Below, one piece after another: positions 53,852 to 63,345 of a stretch of 64,000 bases of DNA (position 1 is its first letter; each line of letters begins with the position of its first letter). The notes under the pieces were generated by a model. That model saw nothing but the letters and a program-made list of their open reading frames with translations, made no database searches and was not told where the DNA came from. The position numbers were made by a program, and so were the translations under genes. Location: assembly GCA_963744065.1 (NCBI GenBank), contig CAVUSN010000001.1, forward strand, positions 217,659 to 281,658, in the 5' to 3' direction. This DNA is from an uncultured Actinomycetes bacterium (GTDB lineage: Bacteria > Actinomycetota > Thermoleophilia > Gaiellales > JAICJC01).

Positions 53852-54015
53852 GAAGCTCTAACGAAATGCCTCGCGGCGTCTGACTGCGTCGCGCTGGCGC
53901 ATGGAGCCACGGCGCGGCTTGCCCAGATTACCTCCGGATATGCGCTGCGCCGCGCCGCGACACCCTGCTGGCGCGACACTCGCCAGCCATCCACGATTCA
54001 TTCCGTTAGAGCTTC
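53852..54015. mobile_element. MITE-like non-coding element: 17-bp terminal inverted repeats (16/17) flanked by TAA/TAA
   Basis: GAAGCTCTAACGAAATG (53852-68) pairs with CATTCCGTTAGAGCTTC (53999-54015). TAA lies at 53849-51 (the gntR stop) and at 54016-18. The interior has further arm complementarity (GTCGCGC/GCGCGAC, GGCGCGGC/GCCGCGCC). No ORF inside. Confidence 0.45.
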
Positions 54016-54023
54016 TAACGCGG

Positions 54024-55563
54024 TCAGCCGCCGCGGGCGGCATGGATCTCCCGCACCAGCTCGATCGTGTCGGCCTGCTCCGCCGGCTTGTCCTCGCGGT
54101 AGCGCTTGACCCGGGCGAACCGCAGCGCGACGCCGCCCGGGTACCTCGAACTGCGCTGGACACCGTCGAAGGCGATCTCCACGACCAGTTGCGGGCGAAC
54201 GAACACCGTATGGGCGTCCCGACGCTCCTCCAGTTCGAGCAGCTTCTCGGTCTGCCATGCGAGCATGCTGTCGGTCATGCCCTTGAACGTCTTGCCCAGC
54301 ATCACGAAGCCGCCGTCTGGATCGCGTGCGCCCAGGTGCAGGTTGGACAGGTAGCCGGTGCGCCGGCCGTGCCCCCATTCGGCGGCCAGCACGACCAAAT
54401 CGAGCGTCAGCGCCGCCTTCACCTTGAGCCAGCTGCGGCCCCGGCGGCCTGCCTGGTAGGGGGCGTCCAGCGCCTTCAGCATCACACCTTCGTGGCCCCG
54501 CCTGAGTGCCTCGGCAAGGAACCGCTCGGCCGGCTCGGAACCCTCGGCGACGATCCGCGGCACGATCAGCTCGGCCGGGGCGATGACGGCCAGAGCCGCC
54601 GTCCGTTCGTGGCCCGGCAGGTCGAGCAGGTCTCGGCCGTCCACATGAAGCACATCGAAGAGCACCGGTGTGAGCGGGATGGCGGCCCGCATGTCGGCCA
54701 CCGAGCGGCGGCCGCCGATGCGCCTGGCCGTCACCTGGAATGGCCGCGGCCGGCCGTCGCCATCCAGCGCGATCGCCTCTCCGTCCAGCACCGTCTCGCG
54801 AACCGGCAGCGCGAGCGCCGCCTCCACGATCTCGGGCACGCGGGCCGTGATGTCGTCCAGGGTGCGTGTGAAGACCGCCACATCGCCGCCGCTTCGGTGT
54901 ACCTGGATGCGAGCGCCGTCCAGCTTCCACTCCACAGCCGCCGTGCCCAGCTTGGCCATGCCGTCGGCGATGTCGGCCGCGGTGCCGGCCAGCATCGGCC
55001 AGACCGGTGTGCCCACCCGCAGGCGGGCCGCCTCCAGCCCGGACACCCCCTCGGCCAGCGCCGTCGCCGTCACCGCCCCCAGGTCGCCCACCAGCATCAG
55101 CGCCCGACGCAGCGCCGCCGCCGGCACCCCGGCCGCCCGTGCCGCCGCCTCCGCCACCAGCCCGGCCTGGGCACCCTGTCGCAGCTCCCCCGAGACCAGT
55201 CCCCGCAGCAGCCGCTGCTCCGGCTCGGTGGCCAGCGAGAACAGGTCAGACAGCTGCCGACGGCGCGCGGTCTGGGAGCCGGTGCCGGACGCCCGCGCCA
55301 TGCTCTCGAACGCGGCGTCCACGTCAGCCAGCTGCAGCGTCGAGGCGGCCGCCGGAGCCGGCAGGTCGCGCAGCGAGGCCCAGCCTGCGCCGATCTGTCG
55401 CTGGCGCGGCTGGCCGGCCAGGAAGCTGACGGCGATCGGCACCTCCGCAGCCTCGAGCTCCCTCAGCAGATTCGCCATCAGCTCCAGCTTGGCTGGTGCG
55501 CGACGGGGTCGCGCGCACAAGCTCCGAGGTGGCGGCCAGGTCTGCCAGCAGCACGTCCTTCAC
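54024..55563 (-). pseudogene. ATP-dependent DNA ligase (LigB-like), one N-terminal frameshift
   Basis: ORF 54024-55520 carries the adenylation motif EWKLDGAR and an OB domain. The N-terminus VKDVLLADLAATSELVRATPSR is in another frame (ORF 55324-55794). There is a 1-nt insertion near 55489-55495. Confidence 0.88.
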
Positions 55564-55596
55564 TTTACGGATGCCCTGCGGGAGGCGCGCTAGCCT

Positions 55597-55791
55597 ATGC
55601 TGCAGCCGATGGCCCTGACGCCCCGCCAGCAGAAGAAACGCCAGATGGTGCGCGGCGGCTACGCGGGCGCCGGCGTCGGCGCCGTGCTGGTGGTCCTGGC
55701 CATCACCGGCGGCGGGATCGTGCTGGGCGTGCTGGGCGCGATCCTGCTCGTGGTCTCGGGCTGGGCAACGCGCGCCCTGCGCGACCTGTAG
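55597..55791 (+). CDS. small hypothetical membrane protein
   Basis: 64-aa ORF with a basic N-terminus and two Gly/Val-rich helices. No family recognised. Confidence 0.4.
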   Translation: MLQPMALTPRQQKKRQMVRGGYAGAGVGAVLVVLAITGGGIVLGVLGAILLVVSGWATRALRDL

Positions 55792-55801
55792 CACGCGCGG
55801 C

Positions 55802-56818
55802 TCAGTTCTCGGCGCGGACGAGCGCAGCTCCGGCCGCCAGCGACTCCAGCTTTGCGAAGGCCACGTCGCGGGGCAGGTACTTCATGCCGCAGTCGGGAGC
55901 GGCCGTCAGCTGGCTGGCGGGCTTGTGGGGCAGCGCCCGGCGGATCCGCCCAGCCACCGTCTCCGGCGTCTCCACCTCGTGGCTGTCCAGGTCGATCACG
56001 CCCAGGATGATGCGCTTGCCGGGCAGCGTGTCCAGGATGGCGGTGTCCAGGCCGGACTGGGCGGTCTCGATCGAGATCTGGTCGGCCGTGCAGGCCGCCA
56101 GCTCGGGCAGGAACGAGTACGCCTCCGGCCGCTCGTGGATGATGGCGGCGTAGCCGAAGCAGATGTGCACCGCGGTCGCCCCGGTCACGCCTGCCAGAGC
56201 CCGCTCGAGCGCCGCCAGACCGAACTCGCGCGCTTTCTGGGGCCGCGCCTGCATATACGGCTCGTCCATCTGCACGATGTCCGCGCCGGCGGCGAACAGA
56301 TCGACGATCTCGTCGTGCACGGCTCCCGCGTAGGCCAGGGCCAGCTCGGCGTCCGAGGGGTAGAAGTCGTTCTGGGCCTGCTGGGACATGGTGAACGGCC
56401 CCGGCACGGTGGCCTTGATGGTGTGGCTGGTGTTGGCGCGCAGGAACTCGACGTCGCGCACCTGCACCGAGTGCCGCCGCTCGATCGGCCCGACCACCCG
56501 CGGGACCGGGTTGGGGTGGCCGCTTCGATCAAGGGCGGTGCCCGGGTTGTCGATGTCGACGCCGGACAGCGCGGTGGCGAAGCGGTTGGAGTAGCTCTCG
56601 CGGCGGGCCTCGCCGTCGGTGATGATGTCCAGCCCGGCTCGCTGCTGATCGCGGATGGCCAGCAGGGTGGCGTCGTCCTGAGCTTGCTCCAGGTAGCGGG
56701 GGTCGATCCGCCACAGTTCCTTCGCCCGCACCCTGGGCGGGAAGCGGTCGCGCAGCCGTTCGCGGTCGATCAGCCAGTCGGGCTGTGCATAGGAGCCGAC
56801 CAGGCTGGTGGGCAACAT
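55802..56818 (-). CDS. cobalamin-independent methionine synthase II family (MetE C-terminal-like) protein
   Basis: ATG 56818 within track ORF 55802-56842. ..LPTSLVGSYAQP..DIITDGE..DEPY..HICFGY..DCGMKYL.. (zinc ligands H, C, C pattern). Confidence 0.85.
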   Translation of the reverse strand: MLPTSLVGSYAQPDWLIDRERLRDRFPPRVRAKELWRIDPRYLEQAQDDATLLAIRDQQRAGLDIITDGEARRESYSNRFATALSGVDIDNPGTALDRSGHPNPVPRVVGPIERRHSVQVRDVEFLRANTSHTIKATVPGPFTMSQQAQNDFYPSDAELALAYAGAVHDEIVDLFAAGADIVQMDEPYMQARPQKAREFGLAALERALAGVTGATAVHICFGYAAIIHERPEAYSFLPELAACTADQISIETAQSGLDTAILDTLPGKRIILGVIDLDSHEVETPETVAGRIRRALPHKPASQLTAAPDCGMKYLPRDVAFAKLESLAAGAALVRAEN

Positions 56819-57009
56819 GTCCGGCAGGGCAGGCACGCGCACACGCTACACGCCCCGGCCGATCTGGCCGGCGATGACCAGATGGACGCAATCTTCGGTA
56901 TTTGCGGGAATCGGGTCCGCAGAACCTGACAAGCCGCGGTAGCCTCGCTTGGGCCGGGTCGATCGCCCGGTGGGTTGCGCTCCGCATTGTCCCTGGAGGG
57001 GGAATTTCT

Positions 57010-58197
57010 GTGCCTGTATCCGGGCTTGTACGTCGTGTTGCGCCGATTGCCGTCGTGCTCGGTGCGCTGGGGTCGATGTCGGCGGGGGCGGCGGCCAGCA
57101 CGCGGTCGACGCACGTGGCGCCGTCCATGCAGGCCGCCCGCTACATGTTCGCGCGCGCCCTTCCGGCGTCCTTGCAGAACCTGGTGCCGGCCTCGTCCAC
57201 TTCGGTTCCGCCCGGCACCGCGCTCTTCATGGACACCGATCCCATGCCGCTTGCCATCGGCTCGGTCGTGTACCGGATGGAGATGAGCGCCTTCACCCAG
57301 ACCGACACCTTCGGCGTGCCGCCCACCTTCGAGGTGTCGCTGGCCCGGCTGTCGGCAAACGGCGGACAGATCACCGGCGAGCAGGAGCATGCATACGCCT
57401 ACTCGGCCACCGGGATGGGCATGACCGCCACCCAGGGACTGACCAGGCTGCGCCTGAACACGCACAAGAGCGTCAGGCCGACCCGGGTGAACATGCTCTT
57501 CAAGCCGACCCAGGCCCAGTCCTTCAAGTGCACGCTCTTCAACGGCGGCACCGGGATCACCACGGAGGCCACCGGCACGCTGAAGGCGAAGACGTTCCGC
57601 ATCGCCACCGGCACCTCGCCGATCTTCGGCACCATCACAACCGCGCCCACCAAAGCGTTCGCGTTTGACGACCCTGGCTGCGGCTCGCCGGTCGGCGAGG
57701 GGCCGCTGCTGTCCGCCACCACCTACGGCGCCTACCACCCGACGTGCGTGGGACGGGAGACGATCCAGGCCGGCAATCAGTTCGCGCAGACCAGCTGGCT
57801 GGCCGAGGTCGGCTTCGGCGGCCGCAACGCGGCGATGCTGGTGCAGACGTCGTCCACCTCCGTGTCCCGCGTTCAGGACCACCTGGCCATTGGCGTGGAG
57901 AGCGCGTCCGACCTGCCGCTGGCCCACCACACCGAGACCGGGGCCACCGCGGTCGTCCAGACCGAGGGCAATCCGCTGTTTGGCGGCAGCTCGTACTTCT
58001 TCTCCCACCATGCGCCCACGGTGTCGCCGGTCAAGACTTGCACCTACGAGGGCCACCTGCACCGGTTCATCGCCACCCGCTACACGGGCGGCATGATCAA
58101 CACCGCCGGCGCGCCGCTGGCGGCCCTGTTCGACACCGGCACCATGGACTACGTCCCGCGGGATGCGGCGCTCACGCTGCGCCACTATCTGAGTTGA
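57010..58197 (+). CDS. secreted hypothetical protein
   Basis: GTG 57010 follows GGAGGGGGA. Signal peptide VPVSGLVRRVAPIAVVLGALGSMSAGAAAS. About 395 aa and Thr/Ser/Gly-rich. No family recognised. Confidence 0.6.
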   Translation: MPVSGLVRRVAPIAVVLGALGSMSAGAAASTRSTHVAPSMQAARYMFARALPASLQNLVPASSTSVPPGTALFMDTDPMPLAIGSVVYRMEMSAFTQTDTFGVPPTFEVSLARLSANGGQITGEQEHAYAYSATGMGMTATQGLTRLRLNTHKSVRPTRVNMLFKPTQAQSFKCTLFNGGTGITTEATGTLKAKTFRIATGTSPIFGTITTAPTKAFAFDDPGCGSPVGEGPLLSATTYGAYHPTCVGRETIQAGNQFAQTSWLAEVGFGGRNAAMLVQTSSTSVSRVQDHLAIGVESASDLPLAHHTETGATAVVQTEGNPLFGGSSYFFSHHAPTVSPVKTCTYEGHLHRFIATRYTGGMINTAGAPLAALFDTGTMDYVPRDAALTLRHYLS

Positions 58198-58205
58198 GGA
58201 GAGAG

Positions 58206-58279
58206 CGGGAGCGACGGGACTCGAACCCGCGACCTCCGGCGTGACAGGCCGGCGTTCTAACCAGCTGAACTACGCCCCC
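58206..58279 (-). tRNA. tRNA-Asp (anticodon GTC)
   Basis: Reverse complement: GGGGGCG TA GTTC AGCTGGTTA GAAC G CCGGC CTGTCAC GCCGG AGGTC GCGGG TTCGAGT CCCGT CGCTCCC G. This gives a full cloverleaf. CCA is not encoded. Confidence 0.93.
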
Positions 58280-58393
58280 CGGGGCGCCGCGACGAGCAGC
58301 CAGGGCTGCCGACTCGGCGCCGGAGTATAGCGGCGGGGCGGCGGCCGGCGCTTGTGGGACGCCCGACCCATCGGCTACTGCTTCGCGGTGCAG

Positions 58394-60196
58394 ATGCAGC
58401 ACTCCGGCTACCTCCCGATCGCTGAGCACGGCGTCATCGGCGACCTGCAGACGGTCGCCCTGGTCGGCACCAACGGCACCATCGACTGGTTCTGCTGGCC
58501 GTGGTTTGACTCGCCCAGCATGTTCGGGTCGATCCTGGACGCCGACCAGGGCGGCTTCTATTCGATCGCGCCGGTGAACGACGGGCACAACGCCAAACAG
58601 CTCTATCTGCCCGACACCAATATCCTCATCACCCGCTTCCTGACGCCTGACGGGGTGGGCGAGGTGGAGGACTTCATGCCCATCCGGCGCGACCCCAAGC
58701 ACCAGCGCCGGTTGGTGCGCCGAGTGATGGCGGTGCGCGGCGGGATGCGCTTCCGGCTGGAGTGCCAGCCCCGCTTCAACTACGCCCGCGATCCGCACGA
58801 GCTGGAGTTGCACGAGCACGGCGCCGCCTTCCACACACGTGGTCTGACCATGCTTCTGCGAAGCGAGACGCCGTTCGAGCGGGTGGGCAACGGGGTGGCC
58901 GGGGAGTTCACGCTGCGCGCTGGCGAGAGCGCCACCTTCGTGCTCGAGCCGGGCGAGCGGGGTCAGCAGCCCAAGCAGGTGCGCGAGGGCGAGTCGAGCG
59001 AGGGCTTCAACCGCACCGTGCGCTTCTGGCGCGGCTGGCTGGCCCACTCCACCTACCGCGGCCGCTGGCGGGAGACCGTGCACCGCTCGGCGCTGACGCT
59101 CAAGCTGCTCACCTTCCGGCCCACCGGCGCCATCGTCGCCGCCCCCACCACCAGCCTGCCCGAGCACCTGGGCGGCGAGCGCAACTGGGACTACCGCTAT
59201 ACCTGGATCCGGGACGCGGCGTTCTCGCTGTACGCGCTGCTGCGGCTCGGCTTCCACGAGGAGGCGGAGGCCTTCATGGGCTGGCTGGCCGAACGCTTCC
59301 GCGAGAGCAAGGGCCGGGCCGAAGGGCCGTTGCAGATCATGTACGGCATCGACGGCCGCTCGCAGTTGACGGAGGAGTCGCTCGACCACCTGTCGGGGTA
59401 TGCGGATTCGCGCCCGGTGCGGGTCGGAAACGCCGCCTCGGGTCAGCTGCAGCTGGACATCTACGGCGAGCTGATCGACTCGGTGTACCTGTTCAACAAG
59501 TACGCCCAGCCCATCTCCTATGACGACTGGATGGCGCTGTCGGGGATCGTCGAATGGCTGTGCAACAACTGGGACCAGGTGGACGAGGGGATCTGGGAGA
59601 CGCGCGGCGGCCGCCAGCACTTCACCTACTCGCGGCTGATGTCGTGGGTGGCCATCGAGCGGGCGGTGCGGGTGGCCCGCCAGCGCGGGCTGCCGGCCGA
59701 TCTGCTCAAGTGGCTGGGCGTGCGCGACCAGATCACCACCCAGATCATGGAGAAGGGCTGGAATCCGGACCGCAAGGCGTTCGTGCAGCACTACGGAAGC
59801 GACGTCCTGGACGCCTCGGTGCTGCTCATGCCGATGGTCAAGTTCATCGCCCCCCGCGACCCGCGCTGGTTGTCCACGCTGAATGCGATCGGCCGCGAGC
59901 TGGTGTCCGACAGCCTGGTCTACCGGTACAACGCGTCGGCTTCGCCGGACGGCCTGGACGGCGAGGAGGGCACCTTCTCGATCTGCTCCTTCTGGTATGT
60001 CGAGGCGCTGGCCCGGGCGGGCCGGCTGGACGAGGCCCGGCTGGCCTTCGAGAAGATGCTCACCTATGCCAACCACGTGGGCCTGTTCAGCGAGGAGATC
60101 GGGCCATCGGGCGAACTGCTGGGCAACTTCCCTCAGGCCTTCACCCACCTGTCGCTGATCTCAGCGGCGGTCAACCTTGACTACCAGCTGGGCTGA
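58394..60196 (+). CDS. glycoside hydrolase family 15 protein (glucoamylase/trehalase-like)
   Basis: ATG 58394 within track ORF 58352-60196. ..[64 protein letters not shown].. are GH15 signatures. Confidence 0.9.
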   Translation: MQHSGYLPIAEHGVIGDLQTVALVGTNGTIDWFCWPWFDSPSMFGSILDADQGGFYSIAPVNDGHNAKQLYLPDTNILITRFLTPDGVGEVEDFMPIRRDPKHQRRLVRRVMAVRGGMRFRLECQPRFNYARDPHELELHEHGAAFHTRGLTMLLRSETPFERVGNGVAGEFTLRAGESATFVLEPGERGQQPKQVREGESSEGFNRTVRFWRGWLAHSTYRGRWRETVHRSALTLKLLTFRPTGAIVAAPTTSLPEHLGGERNWDYRYTWIRDAAFSLYALLRLGFHEEAEAFMGWLAERFRESKGRAEGPLQIMYGIDGRSQLTEESLDHLSGYADSRPVRVGNAASGQLQLDIYGELIDSVYLFNKYAQPISYDDWMALSGIVEWLCNNWDQVDEGIWETRGGRQHFTYSRLMSWVAIERAVRVARQRGLPADLLKWLGVRDQITTQIMEKGWNPDRKAFVQHYGSDVLDASVLLMPMVKFIAPRDPRWLSTLNAIGRELVSDSLVYRYNASASPDGLDGEEGTFSICSFWYVEALARAGRLDEARLAFEKMLTYANHVGLFSEEIGPSGELLGNFPQAFTHLSLISAAVNLDYQLG

Positions 60197-60238
60197 AGTC
60201 GTGGCGGATGCCAAACGAGCGGCTGGTATCTTCGTCGT

Positions 60239-60535
60239 GTGACCGAACCCTCAGAGCCGGATCAGCTGGCCTCCCCGGACGAGCCGCCCTCCTCGACCCA
60301 GGAGCCGGAGCCGCACGAGCGGCCGCAGGGCATGCTGCCCGGCCGCGAACGGCGGCGCAGCGTCATCGAGCGCGGCTTCGTGCGCATCGTCGCCACCGGC
60401 GGGATCCTCGGCATCGCTACCGTCCTGGGCGCGGTCCTGGTCAGCCAGGATGTGGCCGGCTGGATTGTGGGTATCGCGGTCGGCGCCACGTCGGTCGTCC
60501 TGGCCGCCCTGCTGTGGTCGTCCCGACAGCTCTAG
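60239..60535 (+). CDS. small hypothetical membrane protein
   Basis: 98-aa ORF with an acidic Pro/Glu-rich N-terminus followed by two TM helices. No family recognised. Confidence 0.5.
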   Translation: MTEPSEPDQLASPDEPPSSTQEPEPHERPQGMLPGRERRRSVIERGFVRIVATGGILGIATVLGAVLVSQDVAGWIVGIAVGATSVVLAALLWSSRQL

Positions 60536-60596
60536 CGCCTCTTCACAACGTCGAGCCACCCGTTCCCGGCCTGTAAGGTGCAAGCCACTCCGCTTC

Positions 60597-60669
60597 GGGC
60601 GGTTAGCTCAGCTGGGAGAGCACCTGCCTTACACGCAGGGGGTCGGCGGTTCGAACCCGTCACCGCCCA
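60597..60669 (+). tRNA. tRNA-Val (anticodon TAC)
   Basis: GGGCGGT TA GCTC AGCTGGGA GAGC A CCTGC CTTACAC GCAGG GGGTC GGCGG TTCGAAC CCGTC ACCGCCC A. This gives a full cloverleaf. CCA is not encoded. Confidence 0.93.
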
Positions 60670-60683
60670 CTCGCATGCTCGGG

Positions 60684-60926
60684 ATGTCAGTCACGGTTCG
60701 CCTATCCGGCACGCTCGCAAACCGGCTCGGCAGCCGGCGCACCGTCCAGCTTCCGGACGGCGCCACCGTCGAGACGCTGATCACCGAGATCGCCGGTCTG
60801 GCCGGTTGTCAGCCGGCCGACCTTGGCGGGCTGGCGGTTGTGGCCGACGGCGCCTATCTGTCGCGCGAGCAGCCGCTGGCCAATGGCCAGCAGGTGGACG
60901 TGCTGGTGCCGGTGGCCGGCGGCTGA
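60684..60926 (+). CDS. MoaD/ThiS-family ubiquitin-like sulfur-carrier protein (C-terminal GG)
   Basis: ATG 60684 within track ORF 60450-60926. The 80-aa protein ends ..DVLVPVAGG, with a beta-grasp-like pattern. Confidence 0.75.
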   Translation: MSVTVRLSGTLANRLGSRRTVQLPDGATVETLITEIAGLAGCQPADLGGLAVVADGAYLSREQPLANGQQVDVLVPVAGG

Positions 60927-60948
60927 CCACCGGCCACCGAGAGCTGCT

Positions 60949-62277
60949 CTACTTCTCCAGTCCGAAGTGCGTGCGCACGAGCGACTCGAGGCCACGAGCC
61001 GCCAGCCGCTCGGCTGGCGCCAGCATCGTCACCTGGATCACTCCCGGCGCGCGGCCGATCTCGATCGCGCCGGTGATGGTGGCCCGGTTCTTGACCTCCG
61101 GCACGCTCATGTCCAGGAGCCTTCCCGCCCGGGCCAGGCCGTTGTCGACCGCGCTGTTCAGGTCGGGGCCGGTGCCCACCACCGAGATCGGCAGCGACTC
61201 CTCGAGCTCGGACACGCCGTGCCGGTGGGCGGTGTCGATCGCCCGCCGGCGCTCGGCGGCGGTCAGCGGCTGAGCCAGAAACGGCAGGTCCTCCGGCACC
61301 GGCAGGATGATCGGCCCGTCGAGCTCCAGGCCCTTGATCACCTGCACCTGCAGGGTCACCGTGCCCGACACGTCGCAGGTGTGGCCCGCGATCTCGCCGT
61401 CCCCCTGCATGGCATGCATGTCGCCCATGTAGACGCCGGCGCCGGCCACCTTGACCGGCGCGATCACCACCGACCCGGCCCGCACGCCGTCGATGTCCAG
61501 GTGGCCGTCGGTGCGCCCCTCCAGCTGCTCGGCGGTGACCGCGTGCGAGTGCGGCGCTCCGATCAGGAAGGCGCCGAAGTCGCCCGCGTTGTGGCTGTCG
61601 GGCAGGTCGACCGCCGGGGTCGTACCCAGCTGGCCCATGAACGGGCGCATGCGGGTCGCCACGCCGGTCAGATCGTGCGGCGCGAACAGCAGGATCGGGT
61701 TCTGCACCGAGTTCTCGGGCAGTGCCGCGGCCACGTGGGCGTCGCGCGCGAACTCCTCGGCCTGCGTCCGGCCCACCGTCACCCCCACCCGCCACTCCTC
61801 GTCGAACGCGATCGTGTAGCCGTTGGTGAACGCGAACGGGGCCGCCGGCGCCCCGCAGTTGGCACAGCGCACGCAGTCCGGCCCGATCCCCTCCACCACC
61901 GTCGGCTCGTCGGGCGTCCCGCAGGACGCGCACACCTTGGCGCAGAACGGGTCGCCGTTGAACCGGCCCTCGACCCAGCGGTCATTGCCCGACGACGTGG
62001 CCAGCGATGTGACCGAGATGTCGCGCAGGTGGATGGCCACCGCGTCACCCACCTCGGCGCCGGCCACCGCCACCGGCAGCGTCACCTCATGCCCGCCGCG
62101 GATGGCCGGCGTGATCATCGGCCCCCAGCAGCCTGGCGCCGTGTTGGCCACGATGTGGCCGCCGTCGCGCACCGGTCCCAGCATCTCCAGGCTGGGCCCG
62201 ATCACCCCGTCGCAGAAGCGGTCGACGAACACCGTCTCCGCCGCCTGCCGTGTCGTCACATCCGTCCCCGCAGCCAT
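60949..62277 (-). CDS. acetamidase/formamidase family protein
   Basis: ATG 62277 within track ORF 60949-62328. ..GGHIVANTAPGCWGP.. ..VYMGDMHAMQGDGEIAGHT.. is the FmdA/AmdA pattern. It has a Cys-rich insert: CAKVCASCG..CVRCANCG. Confidence 0.85.
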   Translation of the reverse strand: MAAGTDVTTRQAAETVFVDRFCDGVIGPSLEMLGPVRDGGHIVANTAPGCWGPMITPAIRGGHEVTLPVAVAGAEVGDAVAIHLRDISVTSLATSSGNDRWVEGRFNGDPFCAKVCASCGTPDEPTVVEGIGPDCVRCANCGAPAAPFAFTNGYTIAFDEEWRVGVTVGRTQAEEFARDAHVAAALPENSVQNPILLFAPHDLTGVATRMRPFMGQLGTTPAVDLPDSHNAGDFGAFLIGAPHSHAVTAEQLEGRTDGHLDIDGVRAGSVVIAPVKVAGAGVYMGDMHAMQGDGEIAGHTCDVSGTVTLQVQVIKGLELDGPIILPVPEDLPFLAQPLTAAERRRAIDTAHRHGVSELEESLPISVVGTGPDLNSAVDNGLARAGRLLDMSVPEVKNRATITGAIEIGRAPGVIQVTMLAPAERLAARGLESLVRTHFGLEK

Positions 62278-62357
62278 CGCCGACCTCCCCTGGGAGTTGC
62301 CTGCAACCCGCACCCGGCAACGTACCACCCGTGCGCCCGGCCGATAGGCTGCTTGCG

Positions 62358-62912
62358 ATGCCCCACGCCGACGCCCGCCGGGCCGCCGTCCGGCCCACCG
62401 CCGAGCAGTACTTCATGCTGCTGGCGGTCGCCACCCGGGAGCGCGCCGCCTGCCTGCGCCGGCACGTGGGGGCAGTGCTGGTGGCCGACCAGCGGATCAT
62501 CGCCACCGGCTACAACGGCACCCCCACCGGATTCGTCAACTGCGAGGACGGCGGCTGTCAGCGGTGCGCCCACCCGGAGCGCTACGAGCAGGGCCGCGGC
62601 TACGACGTGTGCACCTGCGTGCATGCCGAGCAGAACGCGGTGCTGCAGGCGGCCAAGCTCGGCTACACGGTGCAGGGGGCGACCTGTTACACGACCCTTC
62701 GCCCGTGCTTCGGTTGCCTGAAGGAGCTCTACCAGGCCGGTGTCAGCGGCATCCGCTATCTCAACCCGTGGGCTCCGTCAGATCCGCTGGAGGCGGAGGC
62801 CTACACGGCGCTCGTGGCCGAGATGGCCTCGCGCGGCGTGGGCGTCACACAGCTCGAGCTGCCCGAGCACCTGCTCGACCTGCGCCCGGCGGCGGTCGGC
62901 GACCCGGTGTAG
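62358..62912 (+). CDS. dCMP deaminase / CMP-dCMP zinc-binding deaminase
   Basis: ATG 62358 within track ORF 62250-62912. HAEQNA and PCFGC zinc motifs. Confidence 0.88.
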   Translation: MPHADARRAAVRPTAEQYFMLLAVATRERAACLRRHVGAVLVADQRIIATGYNGTPTGFVNCEDGGCQRCAHPERYEQGRGYDVCTCVHAEQNAVLQAAKLGYTVQGATCYTTLRPCFGCLKELYQAGVSGIRYLNPWAPSDPLEAEAYTALVAEMASRGVGVTQLELPEHLLDLRPAAVGDPV

Positions 62913-62930
62913 GGGGCTGTAGCGCCGCGG

Positions 62931-63266
62931 CTACGCGCTGCGGCGAAGGCGCGGGCCGCGATGCTCGTTCCAGTCGAACGAGCGCGGCCCGTCCGGCTCG
63001 AACAGCGGCTCGACGCCCGCGATGGCGGGGTCGATGGGCACGTCGTCGGAATCCAGCAAGATCACCTGCACCGGGGCCGGCTGCGGCCGCTCAACCACCG
63101 TCGGAGCGTCCGCCTCAGCCGTGATCCGGGCCAGGTGGCTGGCATGCAGGGCCAGCCGCCAGGCGCTCAGGTCGGCGTCCACGTTGGCCGGCGCGTGGCA
63201 CGACGGACAGGCTGCGAGTGGGCGCTTCCTGCTGTCGCAGGCGTGACAGGGCACCATGATCTGCAC
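62931..63266 (-). CDS. hypothetical protein with N-terminal CxxC..CxxC zinc-ribbon-like motif
   Basis: 111-aa ORF. VPCHACDSRKRPLAACPSCH. No family recognised. Confidence 0.5.
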   Translation of the reverse strand: MQIMVPCHACDSRKRPLAACPSCHAPANVDADLSAWRLALHASHLARITAEADAPTVVERPQPAPVQVILLDSDDVPIDPAIAGVEPLFEPDGPRSFDWNEHRGPRLRRSA

Positions 63267-63345
63267 GCTTCATTCGTCGGCTGGATCACCCCCCGGCTTG
63301 AGGGGTGATCTCAAGTCTTCGGCTATTTGTGCCGATTTCAGGTAC

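Noticed and set aside
56819-57009. A possible cobalamin or SAM riboswitch in the 190-nt leader of the MetE-like gene.
   Set aside because: I could not find a B12 box or the GGCAACC-type SAM core. Only generic GC-rich hairpins are present (ATCTGG/CCAGAT, CCGGCC/GGCCGG). It needs an Infernal scan before any claim.
58172-60148. A 658-aa minus-strand ORF antisense to the GH15 gene. Similar long antisense ORFs occur at 4-879, 11565-12962, 15219-16583, 27524-28615, 41826-43010 and 60823-62721.
   Set aside because: All have low-complexity Arg/Ala/Gly/Pro composition and no recognisable motifs, and each lies opposite a strongly supported gene. They are GC-driven open frames, not genes.
55597-60669. 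A tRNA-Asp / tRNA-Val flanked segment as a genomic island.
   Set aside because: There is no integrase, no repeated tRNA 3' fragment (att-like repeat) and no phage or defence genes. The content is ordinary metabolism plus hypotheticals.
63267-63345. A c-di-AMP (ydaO-type) riboswitch upstream of the hydrolase-like gene.
   Set aside because: The leader is only about 80 nt and lacks the conserved pseudo-twofold core. I kept it only as an unclassified alternative-hairpin observation.
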